Shown: piece after piece, positions 1 through 10,338 of the stretch
Position numbering within the stretch: the first letter of the stretch is position 1
How the letters are laid out: every line of letters starts with the position of its first letter
Translations under genes and position numbers: made by a program
From: Chlamydiota bacterium
Lineage (GTDB): Bacteria; Chlamydiota; Chlamydiia; Chlamydiales; RGXB01
Direction of reading: 5' to 3'
Assembly (NCBI GenBank): GCA_947494155.1
Contig: CANLTW010000016.1
Coordinates: 1 to 31,170, forward strand
DNA length: 31,170 bases
Notes under the pieces: model-generated
What the model was told of the DNA's origin: nothing
Databases searched by the model: none
What the model saw: only the letters and a program-made list of their open reading frames with translations

Positions 1-477
1 CCGCTAGGGTTGGTAGCAAACGGCTTTGAAACGCACCTTAAAGCCCCTTTAATTCAAACAACTTTTGCCCCATTCGCCGATTTTTATCTGATCGAAGATC
101 CTCTTCACGCATTTCTCTATAATACCTCCCCCCCCTTCCTTCTGCCCCCCTACGTACTTGCAGGGATCCACACATCGTTAGATCTTTTGCCCTCTTTGCA
201 AAAAGAGAAAAAAGAGCTTTTGGAGAAGGCGATCTTCCTTTTTGAATCGGTGAAAAAGCTCGGGTTCGACCTTTCTATACAAAAATTTGCGCTCCATATC
301 ACCACCTCTAAAAAGCTTATCTATCAAAAGGAGCTGTTGCAAAAGGGGTGGATTCTTAAAGAGTCTTCTAACGGATTAAGTCTTTATTTAAGACAAGATC
401 ATGAGGAGTCTACCCTCGTTCAATTTCTTGCCGATCTAAAAAAAATCGTGAGCTGTAAAACTGCGGTTATCTGTTAA
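1..477 (+). CDS. 5'-truncated, divergent BioF/class II aminotransferase-like protein (C-terminal half)
   Basis: Frame is open from base 1. LPPYVLAGIHTSLDLLPSLQKEKKEL and the C-terminal LSLYLRQDHEESTL resemble the BioF C-terminal domain. The expected GTFxK PLP-lysine motif reads TTFAP. Confidence 0.45.
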   Translation, partial: PLGLVANGFETHLKAPLIQTTFAPFADFYLIEDPLHAFLYNTSPPFLLPPYVLAGIHTSLDLLPSLQKEKKELLEKAIFLFESVKKLGFDLSIQKFALHITTSKKLIYQKELLQKGWILKESSNGLSLYLRQDHEESTLVQFLADLKKIVSCKTAVIC

Positions 478-535
478 GGCTCTCTTTCCCTTTTTTTTCC
501 CTTTTACTATGATAAAGAAAAAAAAGCTTTGATAG

Positions 536-979
536 ATGAAAACGTTAAACCATTTTTTGAGATTTTTCCAATTCTTTCATTTCCCTTTTCTCATTTTCGT
601 CACAAAAAGCCTAGATTTGTACCGTTTGCAAACCCAACATGTCGAGCCATTTGCACGAGATTTTACCCCGCTGTTAAAAAAAGTAATTGTTGATATCGGT
701 CTGATTCCTTTTTCATGGCTTTTTTTTGTTTTTCTCCTTGACTACCTGGTTTTTTTTAAAAAGAGAGTCCTCTTTCTTTTGCCTTTATGGCTTTGGCAGC
801 TTTACACAACCTTGCCCCTCATTATTGTGAAAGGGAGTTCCCCGCTCTCCTGGTTAGACTCCCCTCCTTTCGAATTCTGCTCCCTAGTTTTGTCAGCCCT
901 TTGGCTTATCCTCACTCCATCCCTATTTTTTCAAAAGCAACCCCAAGCTAAGTCGTTACCCCTTAATGCTAAAGCTTGA
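536..979 (+). CDS. Hypothetical integral membrane protein (about 4 TM segments)
   Basis: 147 aa ORF with several Phe/Leu-rich hydrophobic segments; no recognised family motif. Confidence 0.6.
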   Translation: MKTLNHFLRFFQFFHFPFLIFVTKSLDLYRLQTQHVEPFARDFTPLLKKVIVDIGLIPFSWLFFVFLLDYLVFFKKRVLFLLPLWLWQLYTTLPLIIVKGSSPLSWLDSPPFEFCSLVLSALWLILTPSLFFQKQPQAKSLPLNAKA

Positions 980-1101
980 TGTCAAATAATTCCTTCTCAG
1001 AAAATACTTCCAGACTTGCTTTTTTTCCCTTTCAAAAGTTAAAATCGATCACAGAACCTTATCAAGTAAAGTTTGTCCTTCAAGCTTAGGAGGTCTTACA
1101 T

Positions 1102-1845
1102 GTGGAATGCACTAGCCCAGTTATCAAAAAACGAGCGGTATTTAAAAACAATTTACCCATTATGCAACCCGGATATATCGCCATGAGTCTAATTCAATTA
1201 CTTAACCATCCTAAAGAGAGCTTTTTCAAGCACTACTTCGTTCTGACAACACTACTCCTATTTGTATTGCTCCCTATGGGTAAAATGCTTTTTGATTACC
1301 AAGTTTTCCTCAATCACCCCTGGGTCCAAAATAGCGGCTATTCCCCCTATTTAGTCATGAGCTGTCTTTTGTTCTTGAATTGGAGCATAACTGGTCTAAT
1401 CACCTATTTCATGCTATCCCATAGCGTCAAAAAAAATCGGAACGGGCTCCTCACTTTTTTTGTTTCCCTTCAAACCCTACGCCTTTTTTTCTGTATTTTT
1501 GCACTCTCTCTGCAACGAAAAGGGATACTTCCTGCGACAGTTTTTGCCTCATCATCAGGGCAGCTTTTATCTTTTTATATCACTGAATTTTTATTGAATC
1601 CGGTTTGGCTCTATTTTGCATGGTCTTTGCGCCGCATAAACCAGCTTAACCTAATCCGCGAATCGATCGCTTCTAGCCCCGAAGCGATGCAGCATTTGCA
1701 AAACTTAGAAAATCCTACCTCACCAGGGATGATTGACCAGGTGATGAATTACCTTCACTTCAGACTCCCCCCATCGCAGCAAAAACTGATCGCCCCTCTT
1801 AAAATAGAGGCCAAAAAAAGGCTTAAGCTTGCCGATCTAGCTTAA
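1102..1845 (+). CDS. Hypothetical membrane protein (about 4 TM segments plus a helical soluble C-terminus); true start may be a downstream Met
   Basis: 247 aa ORF with four hydrophobic stretches followed by a hydrophilic tail. Confidence 0.6.
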   Translation: MECTSPVIKKRAVFKNNLPIMQPGYIAMSLIQLLNHPKESFFKHYFVLTTLLLFVLLPMGKMLFDYQVFLNHPWVQNSGYSPYLVMSCLLFLNWSITGLITYFMLSHSVKKNRNGLLTFFVSLQTLRLFFCIFALSLQRKGILPATVFASSSGQLLSFYITEFLLNPVWLYFAWSLRRINQLNLIRESIASSPEAMQHLQNLENPTSPGMIDQVMNYLHFRLPPSQQKLIAPLKIEAKKRLKLADLA

Positions 1846-2709
1846 AAGAGCGATGGCACTATCCACTTGAAGGATCTCTTTTTCCAAAAACGCCCGGTTG
1901 GATAGAACTTGGGCGGGGACCGGGAGGTTGTAGCTGAATGTTTGCTGGTAAAGGGTGCTCAAAAAAAGCTTTGTGCTATTCAAAAAATCGACGGTTGTAG
2001 AATTCACAGGCATCTGATAGGGGTTAAGAGTCAAATAGATTTGAAAAAAATAACTGCCCGGAACCTGGTTATTTTGCGCAAGATAGTCAATTGCCGCCTT
2101 TTCTATCGACAAGGTATATTTTACCGACTGTGTGGCAGTAGTGCCTGTTTTATTCTCTAGAATATTGTAATTATTATAGGAATTTCCCCATAAAAATGAG
2201 ATGGTCTGTTGCGGGGTGGAGGAGTTACCGATAACCGTTTGACCTTGGTACCAAAGCTTAACCGCATTCCCCTGATGAAAAAAAGTGCTATATGCATAGG
2301 TAGAATTAGTTACTGCAGCCCCCAGCTGAAGCGGATAAAATTGTGATTTAAAATAAAAGGGGGATAAAAACCCGATGATATTGAAGCGCTGAATCAAAGT
2401 TGCCGCTTGTAGCTGAAATGTTTCTGGAGATTGCTGAACCGGCCTCACGAGTATTTCAAAATCCAGCTCAATTTTCTGATCTACCGCTAATTGGGTAGCA
2501 GAGTATGTTTTTGAGACTGTCGGAATGAGAATGTAGGCTAAATTCGGATTGTAGCTCGTGTACGTGGTGTTTTGAGAAGCTGTAACAGTGACCCTTTTTT
2601 GAGTGTCACTGTTCACTGTAATCGTAAAATTTGCAAATTGCGTTGCCTCATTCTGCCCCGTTAAACTAAGGGGCAGTAGGACGAAGAAGCCGATCCAGGA
2701 TCGCATCAA
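1837..2709 (-). CDS. Hypothetical exported protein, beta-rich and Thr/Asn/Gln/Tyr-rich
   Basis: Signal-peptide-like N-terminus MRSWIGFFVLLPLSLTG; start overlaps the 3' end of tkt. Confidence 0.65.
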   Translation of the reverse strand: MMRSWIGFFVLLPLSLTGQNEATQFANFTITVNSDTQKRVTVTASQNTTYTSYNPNLAYILIPTVSKTYSATQLAVDQKIELDFEILVRPVQQSPETFQLQAATLIQRFNIIGFLSPFYFKSQFYPLQLGAAVTNSTYAYSTFFHQGNAVKLWYQGQTVIGNSSTPQQTISFLWGNSYNNYNILENKTGTTATQSVKYTLSIEKAAIDYLAQNNQVPGSYFFQIYLTLNPYQMPVNSTTVDFLNSTKLFLSTLYQQTFSYNLPVPAQVLSNRAFLEKEILQVDSAIALLS

Positions 2710-4624
2710 CAGTAAATCCGAAAAATTTCAAATTATCTTTGATCGGGGCAGATGCTCCAAAAGTATCTATAGCGATATGCTCTTTTGCGTATTGGCACCA
2801 ACCAAAACTGGAGGCCATCTCGATGGAAACCGTAGTTTTTGCCTGATGGCGCAATTCTTTTTTCTCCTCTTTTTGTTTTTTAAGCCATGCATCATAGAGC
2901 TTAAAACTAAATAAAGAGATTACCCGAACCGAATGCCCCTTCTCTTGCAACGCTTTTGCTACGTCGACCGCTAGCGCTACTTCACTGCCTGTAGCAAACA
3001 AAAGGTAATCCAGCATCGTTGCAGCAGGTGCCCCATCAAAAACCTCGCTATGCCCTTTTTGGATGTCTACAGCTACCAAATCTGGAGTCCGTTTGTAAGC
3101 TTGTCTGCTAAGAATCATGGCAACCGGACCGTGCTGCTGCATTGCAAAGCATAATCCAAGAGCCACTTCAAGCGGGTCGGAGGGTCTAAAAACTTGCAGG
3201 TTAGGCATGGCTCTTAACGAGGCCAGCTGTTCGATCGGTTGATGGGTAGGACCATCCTCCCCTAAACCTACCGAATCGTGAGTAAAGACAAATAGTGTGT
3301 TGACATGGGATAAAGCAGCAAGCCTGATTGATGGTCTCATGTAATCGGAAAAACAGAAGAAAGTCCCCGTGAGAATCCGCAGTCCAACCAAACGCATCCC
3401 ATTAGCGATTGCCGCCATCCCGTGCTCGCGAATTCCGGCACGTATCACTCTCCCCTCAAAGCTACCCGTACGGACAACTCCCCCCTCTTTTATAGCGGTA
3501 CGATCCGAACCAGATAGATCTGCGGAGACGGTGTAAAAGTTGTTTTGATATTTTGCAATCAGAGGCAGCGTCATTTTCAATGCATCGCGCCCCGAGATCT
3601 CTTGTGGCCAGGAGATCTTTTTGATCTCCTCGATGAGCTCTCTGGAAACCGCTTCATTCAAAAACATCGCTGTCTCAATCGCTTTGGATTGTATAGCCCA
3701 ATCGCCACTTCTTTGAAGCTTTTCTTTTTTTACAAAATGGAAAAATTTCGTTACCTCCTCCTCAAAATAAAAAGGTTTATCTAGAGGGATTTTATGAAAT
3801 TCTTTCACATTTTGCAATTCTTCAGGACCTAAAGGTTCCCCATGGGCTTCATGAGTACCCGCCTTTTTTTTCGCTCCGTACCCTATGATTGTTTTAGCCA
3901 AAATCAGTACAGGTCGCTGTTGTTCCCCTCTCAATGGAGATAAGACACGATGGATATCCTCGTAATTGTGTCCGTCGATTTGATAGACATCAAAATTTTC
4001 TGCGCGGTAGCGCGCTGCAACATCCTCTGATGCAGAATCCTCTCTAAAACCGTCGAGAGTCACGCTGTTATAATCATAGATTACAATCAGATTATTCAAG
4101 CAAAGATGGCCTGCCAAAGAGAGCGCCTCTTGAGCTACACCCTCCATAAAGCAACCGTCTCCGGCTATCACTACCGTTTTTGAATCAAATAGAGTGCCAA
4201 AACGGGTGGCTATTATTTTTTGAGCCAAAGCCATTCCTACAGCATTTCCGACACCTTGACCCAACGGGCCTGTGGTGCACTCGATCCCGTAGTCTAAATC
4301 CACTTCAGGATGGCCTGGCGTTTTGGAATTGAGTTGGCGAAATTTTTTAAGATCGTCGATTGTAAATTTATAGCCTGTTAAAAAAAGGGTCGAGTAGAGC
4401 ATGGCTGATGCATGGCCGGCCGAAAGGACAAATCGATCTCGTCCCAACCATCGGGGATCATCGGGCGAATAGACTAGAAATTCCTTGAAAAGATAGGCCA
4501 TAATATCGGCCAAACCGAGAGGTGCTCCCGGATGTCCCGATTTCGCATTTTCGACCATATCTATGGAAAGAGCTCGAATAGATTTCGCAAAGCTTGATAA
4601 AAAAACTCCCGAGTCCAGCGCCAT
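2666..4624 (-). CDS. tkt: Transketolase
   Basis: SGHPGAPLG, RDRFVLSAGH, TPGHPE, TTGPLGQG, GDGCFMEG (ThDP binding) and THDSVGLGEDGPTHQP motifs. ATG at 4624 with an upstream AAGGGG is preferred over the TTG at 4648. Confidence 0.97.
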   Translation of the reverse strand: MALDSGVFLSSFAKSIRALSIDMVENAKSGHPGAPLGLADIMAYLFKEFLVYSPDDPRWLGRDRFVLSAGHASAMLYSTLFLTGYKFTIDDLKKFRQLNSKTPGHPEVDLDYGIECTTGPLGQGVGNAVGMALAQKIIATRFGTLFDSKTVVIAGDGCFMEGVAQEALSLAGHLCLNNLIVIYDYNSVTLDGFREDSASEDVAARYRAENFDVYQIDGHNYEDIHRVLSPLRGEQQRPVLILAKTIIGYGAKKKAGTHEAHGEPLGPEELQNVKEFHKIPLDKPFYFEEEVTKFFHFVKKEKLQRSGDWAIQSKAIETAMFLNEAVSRELIEEIKKISWPQEISGRDALKMTLPLIAKYQNNFYTVSADLSGSDRTAIKEGGVVRTGSFEGRVIRAGIREHGMAAIANGMRLVGLRILTGTFFCFSDYMRPSIRLAALSHVNTLFVFTHDSVGLGEDGPTHQPIEQLASLRAMPNLQVFRPSDPLEVALGLCFAMQQHGPVAMILSRQAYKRTPDLVAVDIQKGHSEVFDGAPAATMLDYLLFATGSEVALAVDVAKALQEKGHSVRVISLFSFKLYDAWLKKQKEEKKELRHQAKTTVSIEMASSFGWCQYAKEHIAIDTFGASAPIKDNLKFFGFTVDAILDRLLRPTAP

Positions 4625-4695
4625 AATACCCCTTGCTTTTACCTGCAATTTGATTTATTTTTAACCCTACAAGTCAATCTGTGCAAGGTAAAACT

Positions 4696-7251
4696 ATGAA
4701 TGTATCGCAGATAAGAGAAAAATTTATTCACTATTTTGTCCAAAAAGGGCATATCCACGTCCCCTCATCCCCTGTGATTCCGCAAGACGATCCCACCCTT
4801 TTGTTTGCGAATGCCGGAATGAACCAGTTCAAAGATATTTTTTTAGGTAAAGAAAAACGGGATTATTCACGTGCCACTACCTCTCAAAAATGTATCCGCG
4901 CCGGAGGTAAACACAACGACCTTGATGATGTTGGTTACACATCCCGACATTTGACTTTTTTTGAGATGCTGGGAAATTTTTCCTTTGGCGATTACTTTAA
5001 AAAAGAGGCGATCCAATTTGCTTGGGAGGTCTCCACGGAGGTTTTCCAACTCGACCCCAAAAAAATCTACGTTTCGGTCTTTGAAACCGATGATGAGGCT
5101 TTTGAGCTTTGGAAAAGTCACATCCCCGAAAATCAAATTGTCCGATTTGGAGCTAAGCAAAATTTTTGGGCAATGGGCGACACGGGTCCCTGTGGCCCTT
5201 GCACCGAGCTTCTGTTTGATAGGGGCGAAAGATTTTCTTTTGCCAAAAACCCCTACGAAGATGAGTCTGGCGAGCGCTACTTGGAATTTTGGAATTGCGT
5301 ATTTATGCAGTTTGACAAAGGCCCTCATGGCCAAACCCCCCTCAAGCGCCCCTCAATAGATACCGGGATGGGGCTGGAGAGGATCGCAGCGCTTAAACAA
5401 GGGGTGGATAACGTTTTCGAAATCGACCTTTTCAAGAGCCTTATTCGTGATGCCGAAACCATACTGGGCAAAAGCTATGAACAGAATCGGGTGGCTTTCC
5501 ATGTGATAGCTGATCATATCCGCTCCCTATCTTTTGCGATCGGAGATGGAGCCATTCTAAGTAACGTCGATCGTGGATATGTTTTAAGAAAAATCTTACG
5601 CCGTGCGGTGCAGTTTGGTCGCCGTTTAGGAAAAGAGGAACCCTTTTTGTACAAAATGGTTTTGCCCTTAATTTCTCAAATGGGATCGACGTACACCGAA
5701 CTCAAGTCGCAGCAAGCTGTGATTGAAGAGATGATCCTTAATGAAGAAGAGGCCTTCTTAAGGACTCTGAAAAAAAGCGGCGGACTTTTACAAAAAGCTT
5801 TTGAAGAGGCTAAACCTAGAAATATTCTCGATGGGGAGGTGGCTTTCAAATTGAAAGATACCTACGGAATCCCTTTTGATGAACTTGCTTTGATGGCTAA
5901 AGACATGTCGATCCAAATTGATACTGCGGGCTATCTTAAAGAGGAAGAGCGGGCAAAAGAGATCTCCAGAAAGGGATTTGAGGTCAAAGAGCAAATCTCG
6001 ATGGAACCCCTACTCGAATTCGTCGAAAAACATGGCCCAGTTGAGTTTGTGGGTTTTGAAACCCTTTCAACAAAAGCTACCGTAATCGGGCTTTTGGTCA
6101 ATGGTCAGTTTGTGGACACCCTTCTTGAGGGGCAGAGTGGGGCATTGATTCTTAGTGAGACGCCCTTTTACGCCGAAAAAGGGGGGCAAATCGGGGACAC
6201 CGGAATAATCGGATCTTTTGTTGTAGAGGCGACAAAGACTCCTGTAAAAGGTCTTATTTTACACGAGGGTAAAGCGACAAAAACGATTGTGCTATCAGAC
6301 ATTCTTGAAGCCCGTGTCGATAGCTCGCTAAGGACCGAAATTGAAAAGCACCACACCGCAGCGCACATACTCCATTACGCTCTCCAGCAGGTAGCAGGCC
6401 CCGCAGTGCGTCAGCAGGGCTCTTTTGTCGGATCCAATCGGTTGCGATTCGATTTCAACTCTCAAAAACCGCTCAGTGAGTCCGAGGTCAAGGAGATCGA
6501 ACGGATCTGCAATCAAAAGATTAAAGAAAACCACCCTGTGATTGCCTATGAGTCCCCCTATGAAGAGGTGAAGAAAGAGCCGAAAATCAAACAATTTTTC
6601 CAAGACAAGTATGATCCGATTGTGCGTGTTGTCCAAATCGGAGATTTTTCGTATGAGCTTTGTGGTGGAACACATGTCAAAAACACAAAAGACATTCTCT
6701 TGTTAAAAGTGATCAAAGAATCTTCGATCGCATCGGGTGTGCGTCGGATCGAAGCTATTTGTTCTCAAGAGGCGATTGCACTACTACTACAAAAAGAGTC
6801 GACTCTTGAAAAAGCGAATCTTTTGCTAAAGTGCCCCCAGGATAAAACACTCGATACCCTAGAGTCTGTTCTGCTCCACTACAAAAAGATGCAAAAAGAG
6901 ATTGAGGAGCATAAAGAGGGGGAAAAAAGGAAAATTTTCCAAGACCTTCTCCATGCGCCAAAAGGGATGGTGATTCAGGAATTGACGCTCGATCTCAAAG
7001 ATCTTGTGGATATCGCCTGTCCGCTCGCTAAGGGGAGAAGCGAATCGGTATTTCTTTTTAACGAAAATCGCTTTGTGCTTGCTACTCCACCAAAATTAGA
7101 CGCAAAAAAACTTTTGGAGGAGCTTAAAGGTTCACTAACCATAAAAGGTGGAGGCACAAAAGAATTTGTCCAAGGAACTTTTGAGATCCCTTTAAAAGGG
7201 GAGGCTCAGCTAAAACATATACGAGGATTGCTTGAAGCCGTTTGCTGTTGA
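4696..7251 (+). CDS. alaS: Alanine--tRNA ligase
   Basis: DPTLLFANAGMNQFK, RHLTFFEMLGNFSFGDYFK, GPCGPC and IDTGMGLER motifs; editing domain HHTAAH...ELCGGTHV. ATG at 4696. Confidence 0.98.
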   Translation: MNVSQIREKFIHYFVQKGHIHVPSSPVIPQDDPTLLFANAGMNQFKDIFLGKEKRDYSRATTSQKCIRAGGKHNDLDDVGYTSRHLTFFEMLGNFSFGDYFKKEAIQFAWEVSTEVFQLDPKKIYVSVFETDDEAFELWKSHIPENQIVRFGAKQNFWAMGDTGPCGPCTELLFDRGERFSFAKNPYEDESGERYLEFWNCVFMQFDKGPHGQTPLKRPSIDTGMGLERIAALKQGVDNVFEIDLFKSLIRDAETILGKSYEQNRVAFHVIADHIRSLSFAIGDGAILSNVDRGYVLRKILRRAVQFGRRLGKEEPFLYKMVLPLISQMGSTYTELKSQQAVIEEMILNEEEAFLRTLKKSGGLLQKAFEEAKPRNILDGEVAFKLKDTYGIPFDELALMAKDMSIQIDTAGYLKEEERAKEISRKGFEVKEQISMEPLLEFVEKHGPVEFVGFETLSTKATVIGLLVNGQFVDTLLEGQSGALILSETPFYAEKGGQIGDTGIIGSFVVEATKTPVKGLILHEGKATKTIVLSDILEARVDSSLRTEIEKHHTAAHILHYALQQVAGPAVRQQGSFVGSNRLRFDFNSQKPLSESEVKEIERICNQKIKENHPVIAYESPYEEVKKEPKIKQFFQDKYDPIVRVVQIGDFSYELCGGTHVKNTKDILLLKVIKESSIASGVRRIEAICSQEAIALLLQKESTLEKANLLLKCPQDKTLDTLESVLLHYKKMQKEIEEHKEGEKRKIFQDLLHAPKGMVIQELTLDLKDLVDIACPLAKGRSESVFLFNENRFVLATPPKLDAKKLLEELKGSLTIKGGGTKEFVQGTFEIPLKGEAQLKHIRGLLEAVCC

Positions 7252-10200
7252 CGGGCTCACCTCCAGTACGAAAGCCCACTTCATCGAAGCGATCCAGAAA
7301 AAAGATCCCCTCCCCTACCTGATTATCAGTGAGGGGAATCCAGATCTATTTCACGATCTCACCTATTTTTTTCAAAAAGAGCCATTGGAGCTTGTCGCAA
7401 AAGAGGCAAACCTTGATGTGGAGGGTTTGCGCTACAAGGTAGTGAAGGCTTTTAAAGACGCTGTCGATTCTTTGCCTCTTATAGTCTCTATACAGACACT
7501 CTTTGATCCCCTCCCTAATCCAGAATCGCTGGCATTTTTTTCGCTTAAAGAGGGGCAATTGCTTCCGTTCGACCCTTTTTTATTTCAGCTTGAGACTTTT
7601 GGGTTAAACAGAAAAAAAATTGTGGTGGATAAAGGGGATTATGCGATTCGTGGGGGTCTTGTTGATCTTTTCCCGATAGATGCCATGGAGCCGATTCGGG
7701 TAGAATTTGATGGGGATAAAATCGCCTCTTTGCGCCATTTTGATCCTGTTTCACAGCGCTCAACGAAAGTGATCCAAGAGTTTCAATTTTTACCTACCTC
7801 CACAGAAGGATCTGTTACCCTTTTGGATCTTTTTCCCACCCCTTTTCGGATTTTTTTAGACCATCCGACACATCTTGAGGATCGGATGGTGCAGCTAAAA
7901 GTCGAATTAGCCCCCTTTTTAGAAAAGGCTAAAGAGGTCTATTTTCTCTTTGACGAAATGGTGGAATCTCTAATCGAGGATACCGAAATCGCCCCCGTCG
8001 GCCGTGATTTTTATCAAGGGAAACAGACCCCCCTAATTGATTTGGAGCTTTTTAAAAAAACATACCGACTACAGCACGATTTTTTATTTTACGAGCCTAT
8101 TGAGGCCCATTTGGATCTCAATAAAGTGGGACACCTGCTACACCAGCCCCCATTCGATAAAATGGCGGTACACCTTTTGGCGCAAACCCCGGTAGAGGAA
8201 AAATTTTTTGAAGAGCTTCTCCCCGATCGCTCCAAAAATTGTGTGATCCAAAAAGGATACCTCTCTCAGGGTTTCATCTATCGGCAAAAAGAGCTTTTTT
8301 TACCCCACACCGAATTTTCCAAAAGAAAAAAGATCCACCGTAAAAGATGGCGTGTCCATAACCATGTCCCTGTAAGCGAATTTCACGAATTAGAGCCGGG
8401 TGACCTTGTTGTCCACTATCACAATGGGGTGGGAAAATTTCTTGGTTTCGAGCAGATGAGTAACCATCAGAAAGTTCAGGATGATTTCATCGTTTTAGAA
8501 TACGCCAATTCCTCCAAGCTCTACGTTCCGATGTCCCAATCCCATCTAGTAAGCCGTTATATCGGAGCTAAAGAGGACCATCGTGTTACTTTAAACGCTT
8601 TAGGAACCAATACCTGGGCAAAAACAAAACTTAAAGTCGAAAAAGCGATTGTGGGTTACGCCCGTGAGCTCCTCCACCGTCAAGCGATGCGACAAATCAA
8701 AGGGGGATTTCAGTATCCTAGCGACTCGTTGGAAATGGAGCTTTTTGAGGACGCTTTTGCATTTGACGAAACTATCGATCAGATCAAAGCTATTCAAGAT
8801 ATCAAACAGGATATGTGCTCCACTGAGGGGATGGATCGGCTTATTTTAGGGGATGTAGGTTACGGTAAAACAGAAATTGCTATGCGTGCGGCGGCCAAGG
8901 CTGTTTTAGATGGGCAAAAACAGGTCGCCGTCCTCGTCCCCACAACCGTTTTAGCCGTCCAGCATTTCGAAAATTTTAAATTGCGTATGGAGGGATTTCC
9001 GATCCGCATCGAGCTTGTATGCCGCTTTCGTTCCACAAAAGAGATCAAAAACACGCTCCAAGAGGTGAATGAAGGGAAGATCGATATTTTGATAGGTACG
9101 CACCGTATAATCTCCAAAGATGTTCTTTTTAAAGATCTGGGGCTGATTATTGTTGACGAAGAGCAACGTTTTGGAGTGCGGGCAAAAGAATGGCTTAAGC
9201 AAGCTACGATTGGTGTGGATTGTTTAACCTTATCGGCAACACCTATCCCCAGAACCTTGCACCTTTCTTTAGTAAACGCGCGTAAAATGTCTGTGATCTC
9301 TTCCCCCCCGTCCGATCGTCTCCCGGTTAAAGTTGCTGTTGTGGAGGAGAGCGATTCGGTGATTCAGGATGGCCTTATAAACGAATTTCAAAGGGGTGGT
9401 CAAGCCTACTTCCTTTATAACAGAGTTGAGACCATTCACGAAATGAAAGATAAGCTTCAAAAGCTAGTCCCAAAAGCGCGGATAGGGGTTGTCCATGGAC
9501 AAATGGATCCAGATGATATTGATGAGATTTTTCATGGCTTTAAAAAGGGGGCTTTGGATCTATTGCTAGCCACGACAATCATCGAAAACGGGATCGATAT
9601 TCCTAACGCAAACACTATATTCATACATCGTGCAGATACCTTCGGCATCTCTGACCTTTACCAGCTTAAAGGGCGAGTAGGGCGTAGCGATAAATCGGCT
9701 TATGCCTATTTCCTTATCCCGAAAGGGGCGACGATGAAAGAAACCTCAACCCAAAGAATCAAAGCGATTGTGGATGCCTCCGGGTACGGAGGAGGATTGA
9801 AAGTAGCGATGCGCGATTTGGAAATCCGTGGAGCAGGAGATATTCTTGGGGTACAGCAATCGGGGCATGTGGCATCGATAGGTTTTCACCTTTATTGCAA
9901 ACTGCTCAAGCGCACAATAGACCTGATGCGTGCCAATAAACAGACGAACTTCACTGAGACAAAGGTGGAAATTCCCTTTGAGGCAAAACTCCCCCCTTTC
10001 TATGTGGATGACAAAGGGCTAAGGATGGAGATCTACCACCGCTTTGGCGAGTGTGTGGAGACCCAAGAGGTGCATGAGCTCTATAAAGAGATTCTTGACC
10101 GTTTTGGTCCGGCTCCAATAGAGGTCAAGTGGCTCTTTGTGGTCGCTTTAATCCGCACCGAGTGCGCTAAATATGGGGTGCAGCTTGTCAAACTCAAAAA

Positions 10201-10315
10201 CTGTACTTTAGTGATGGAAACAGAAAAAAAATCGCTAAGCTTTCTTTCCCCTGTTTTCAAAACCCCTAAAGAATTTCATGAGTTTGTGCTGCAAAAGCTC
10301 TCTTTATTCAGTTAG
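7232..10315 (+). CDS. mfd: Transcription-repair coupling factor
   Basis: UvrB-like RGGLVDLFP, RID GDLVVHYHNGVGKF, Walker A GDVGYGKT, DEEQRFG, SATPIPRT, QLKGRVGR, DLEIRGAG and a TRCF C-terminal domain. Overlaps alaS by 20 nt. Confidence 0.97.
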   Translation: MKPFAVDGLTSSTKAHFIEAIQKKDPLPYLIISEGNPDLFHDLTYFFQKEPLELVAKEANLDVEGLRYKVVKAFKDAVDSLPLIVSIQTLFDPLPNPESLAFFSLKEGQLLPFDPFLFQLETFGLNRKKIVVDKGDYAIRGGLVDLFPIDAMEPIRVEFDGDKIASLRHFDPVSQRSTKVIQEFQFLPTSTEGSVTLLDLFPTPFRIFLDHPTHLEDRMVQLKVELAPFLEKAKEVYFLFDEMVESLIEDTEIAPVGRDFYQGKQTPLIDLELFKKTYRLQHDFLFYEPIEAHLDLNKVGHLLHQPPFDKMAVHLLAQTPVEEKFFEELLPDRSKNCVIQKGYLSQGFIYRQKELFLPHTEFSKRKKIHRKRWRVHNHVPVSEFHELEPGDLVVHYHNGVGKFLGFEQMSNHQKVQDDFIVLEYANSSKLYVPMSQSHLVSRYIGAKEDHRVTLNALGTNTWAKTKLKVEKAIVGYARELLHRQAMRQIKGGFQYPSDSLEMELFEDAFAFDETIDQIKAIQDIKQDMCSTEGMDRLILGDVGYGKTEIAMRAAAKAVLDGQKQVAVLVPTTVLAVQHFENFKLRMEGFPIRIELVCRFRSTKEIKNTLQEVNEGKIDILIGTHRIISKDVLFKDLGLIIVDEEQRFGVRAKEWLKQATIGVDCLTLSATPIPRTLHLSLVNARKMSVISSPPSDRLPVKVAVVEESDSVIQDGLINEFQRGGQAYFLYNRVETIHEMKDKLQKLVPKARIGVVHGQMDPDDIDEIFHGFKKGALDLLLATTIIENGIDIPNANTIFIHRADTFGISDLYQLKGRVGRSDKSAYAYFLIPKGATMKETSTQRIKAIVDASGYGGGLKVAMRDLEIRGAGDILGVQQSGHVASIGFHLYCKLLKRTIDLMRANKQTNFTETKVEIPFEAKLPPFYVDDKGLRMEIYHRFGECVETQEVHELYKEILDRFGPAPIEVKWLFVVALIRTECAKYGVQLVKLKNCTLVMETEKKSLSFLSPVFKTPKEFHEFVLQKLSLFS

Positions 10316-10338
10316 GTTGAATCAATGAGTAGATCTTC

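Noticed and set aside
1909..9460. Short alternative-frame or antisense ORFs inside the exported orphan, tkt, alaS and mfd (e.g. 4867-5334, 4961-5359, 6328-6675)
   Set aside because: They are nested in or largely overlap well-supported genes and have no recognisable motifs, so they are treated as shadow ORFs.
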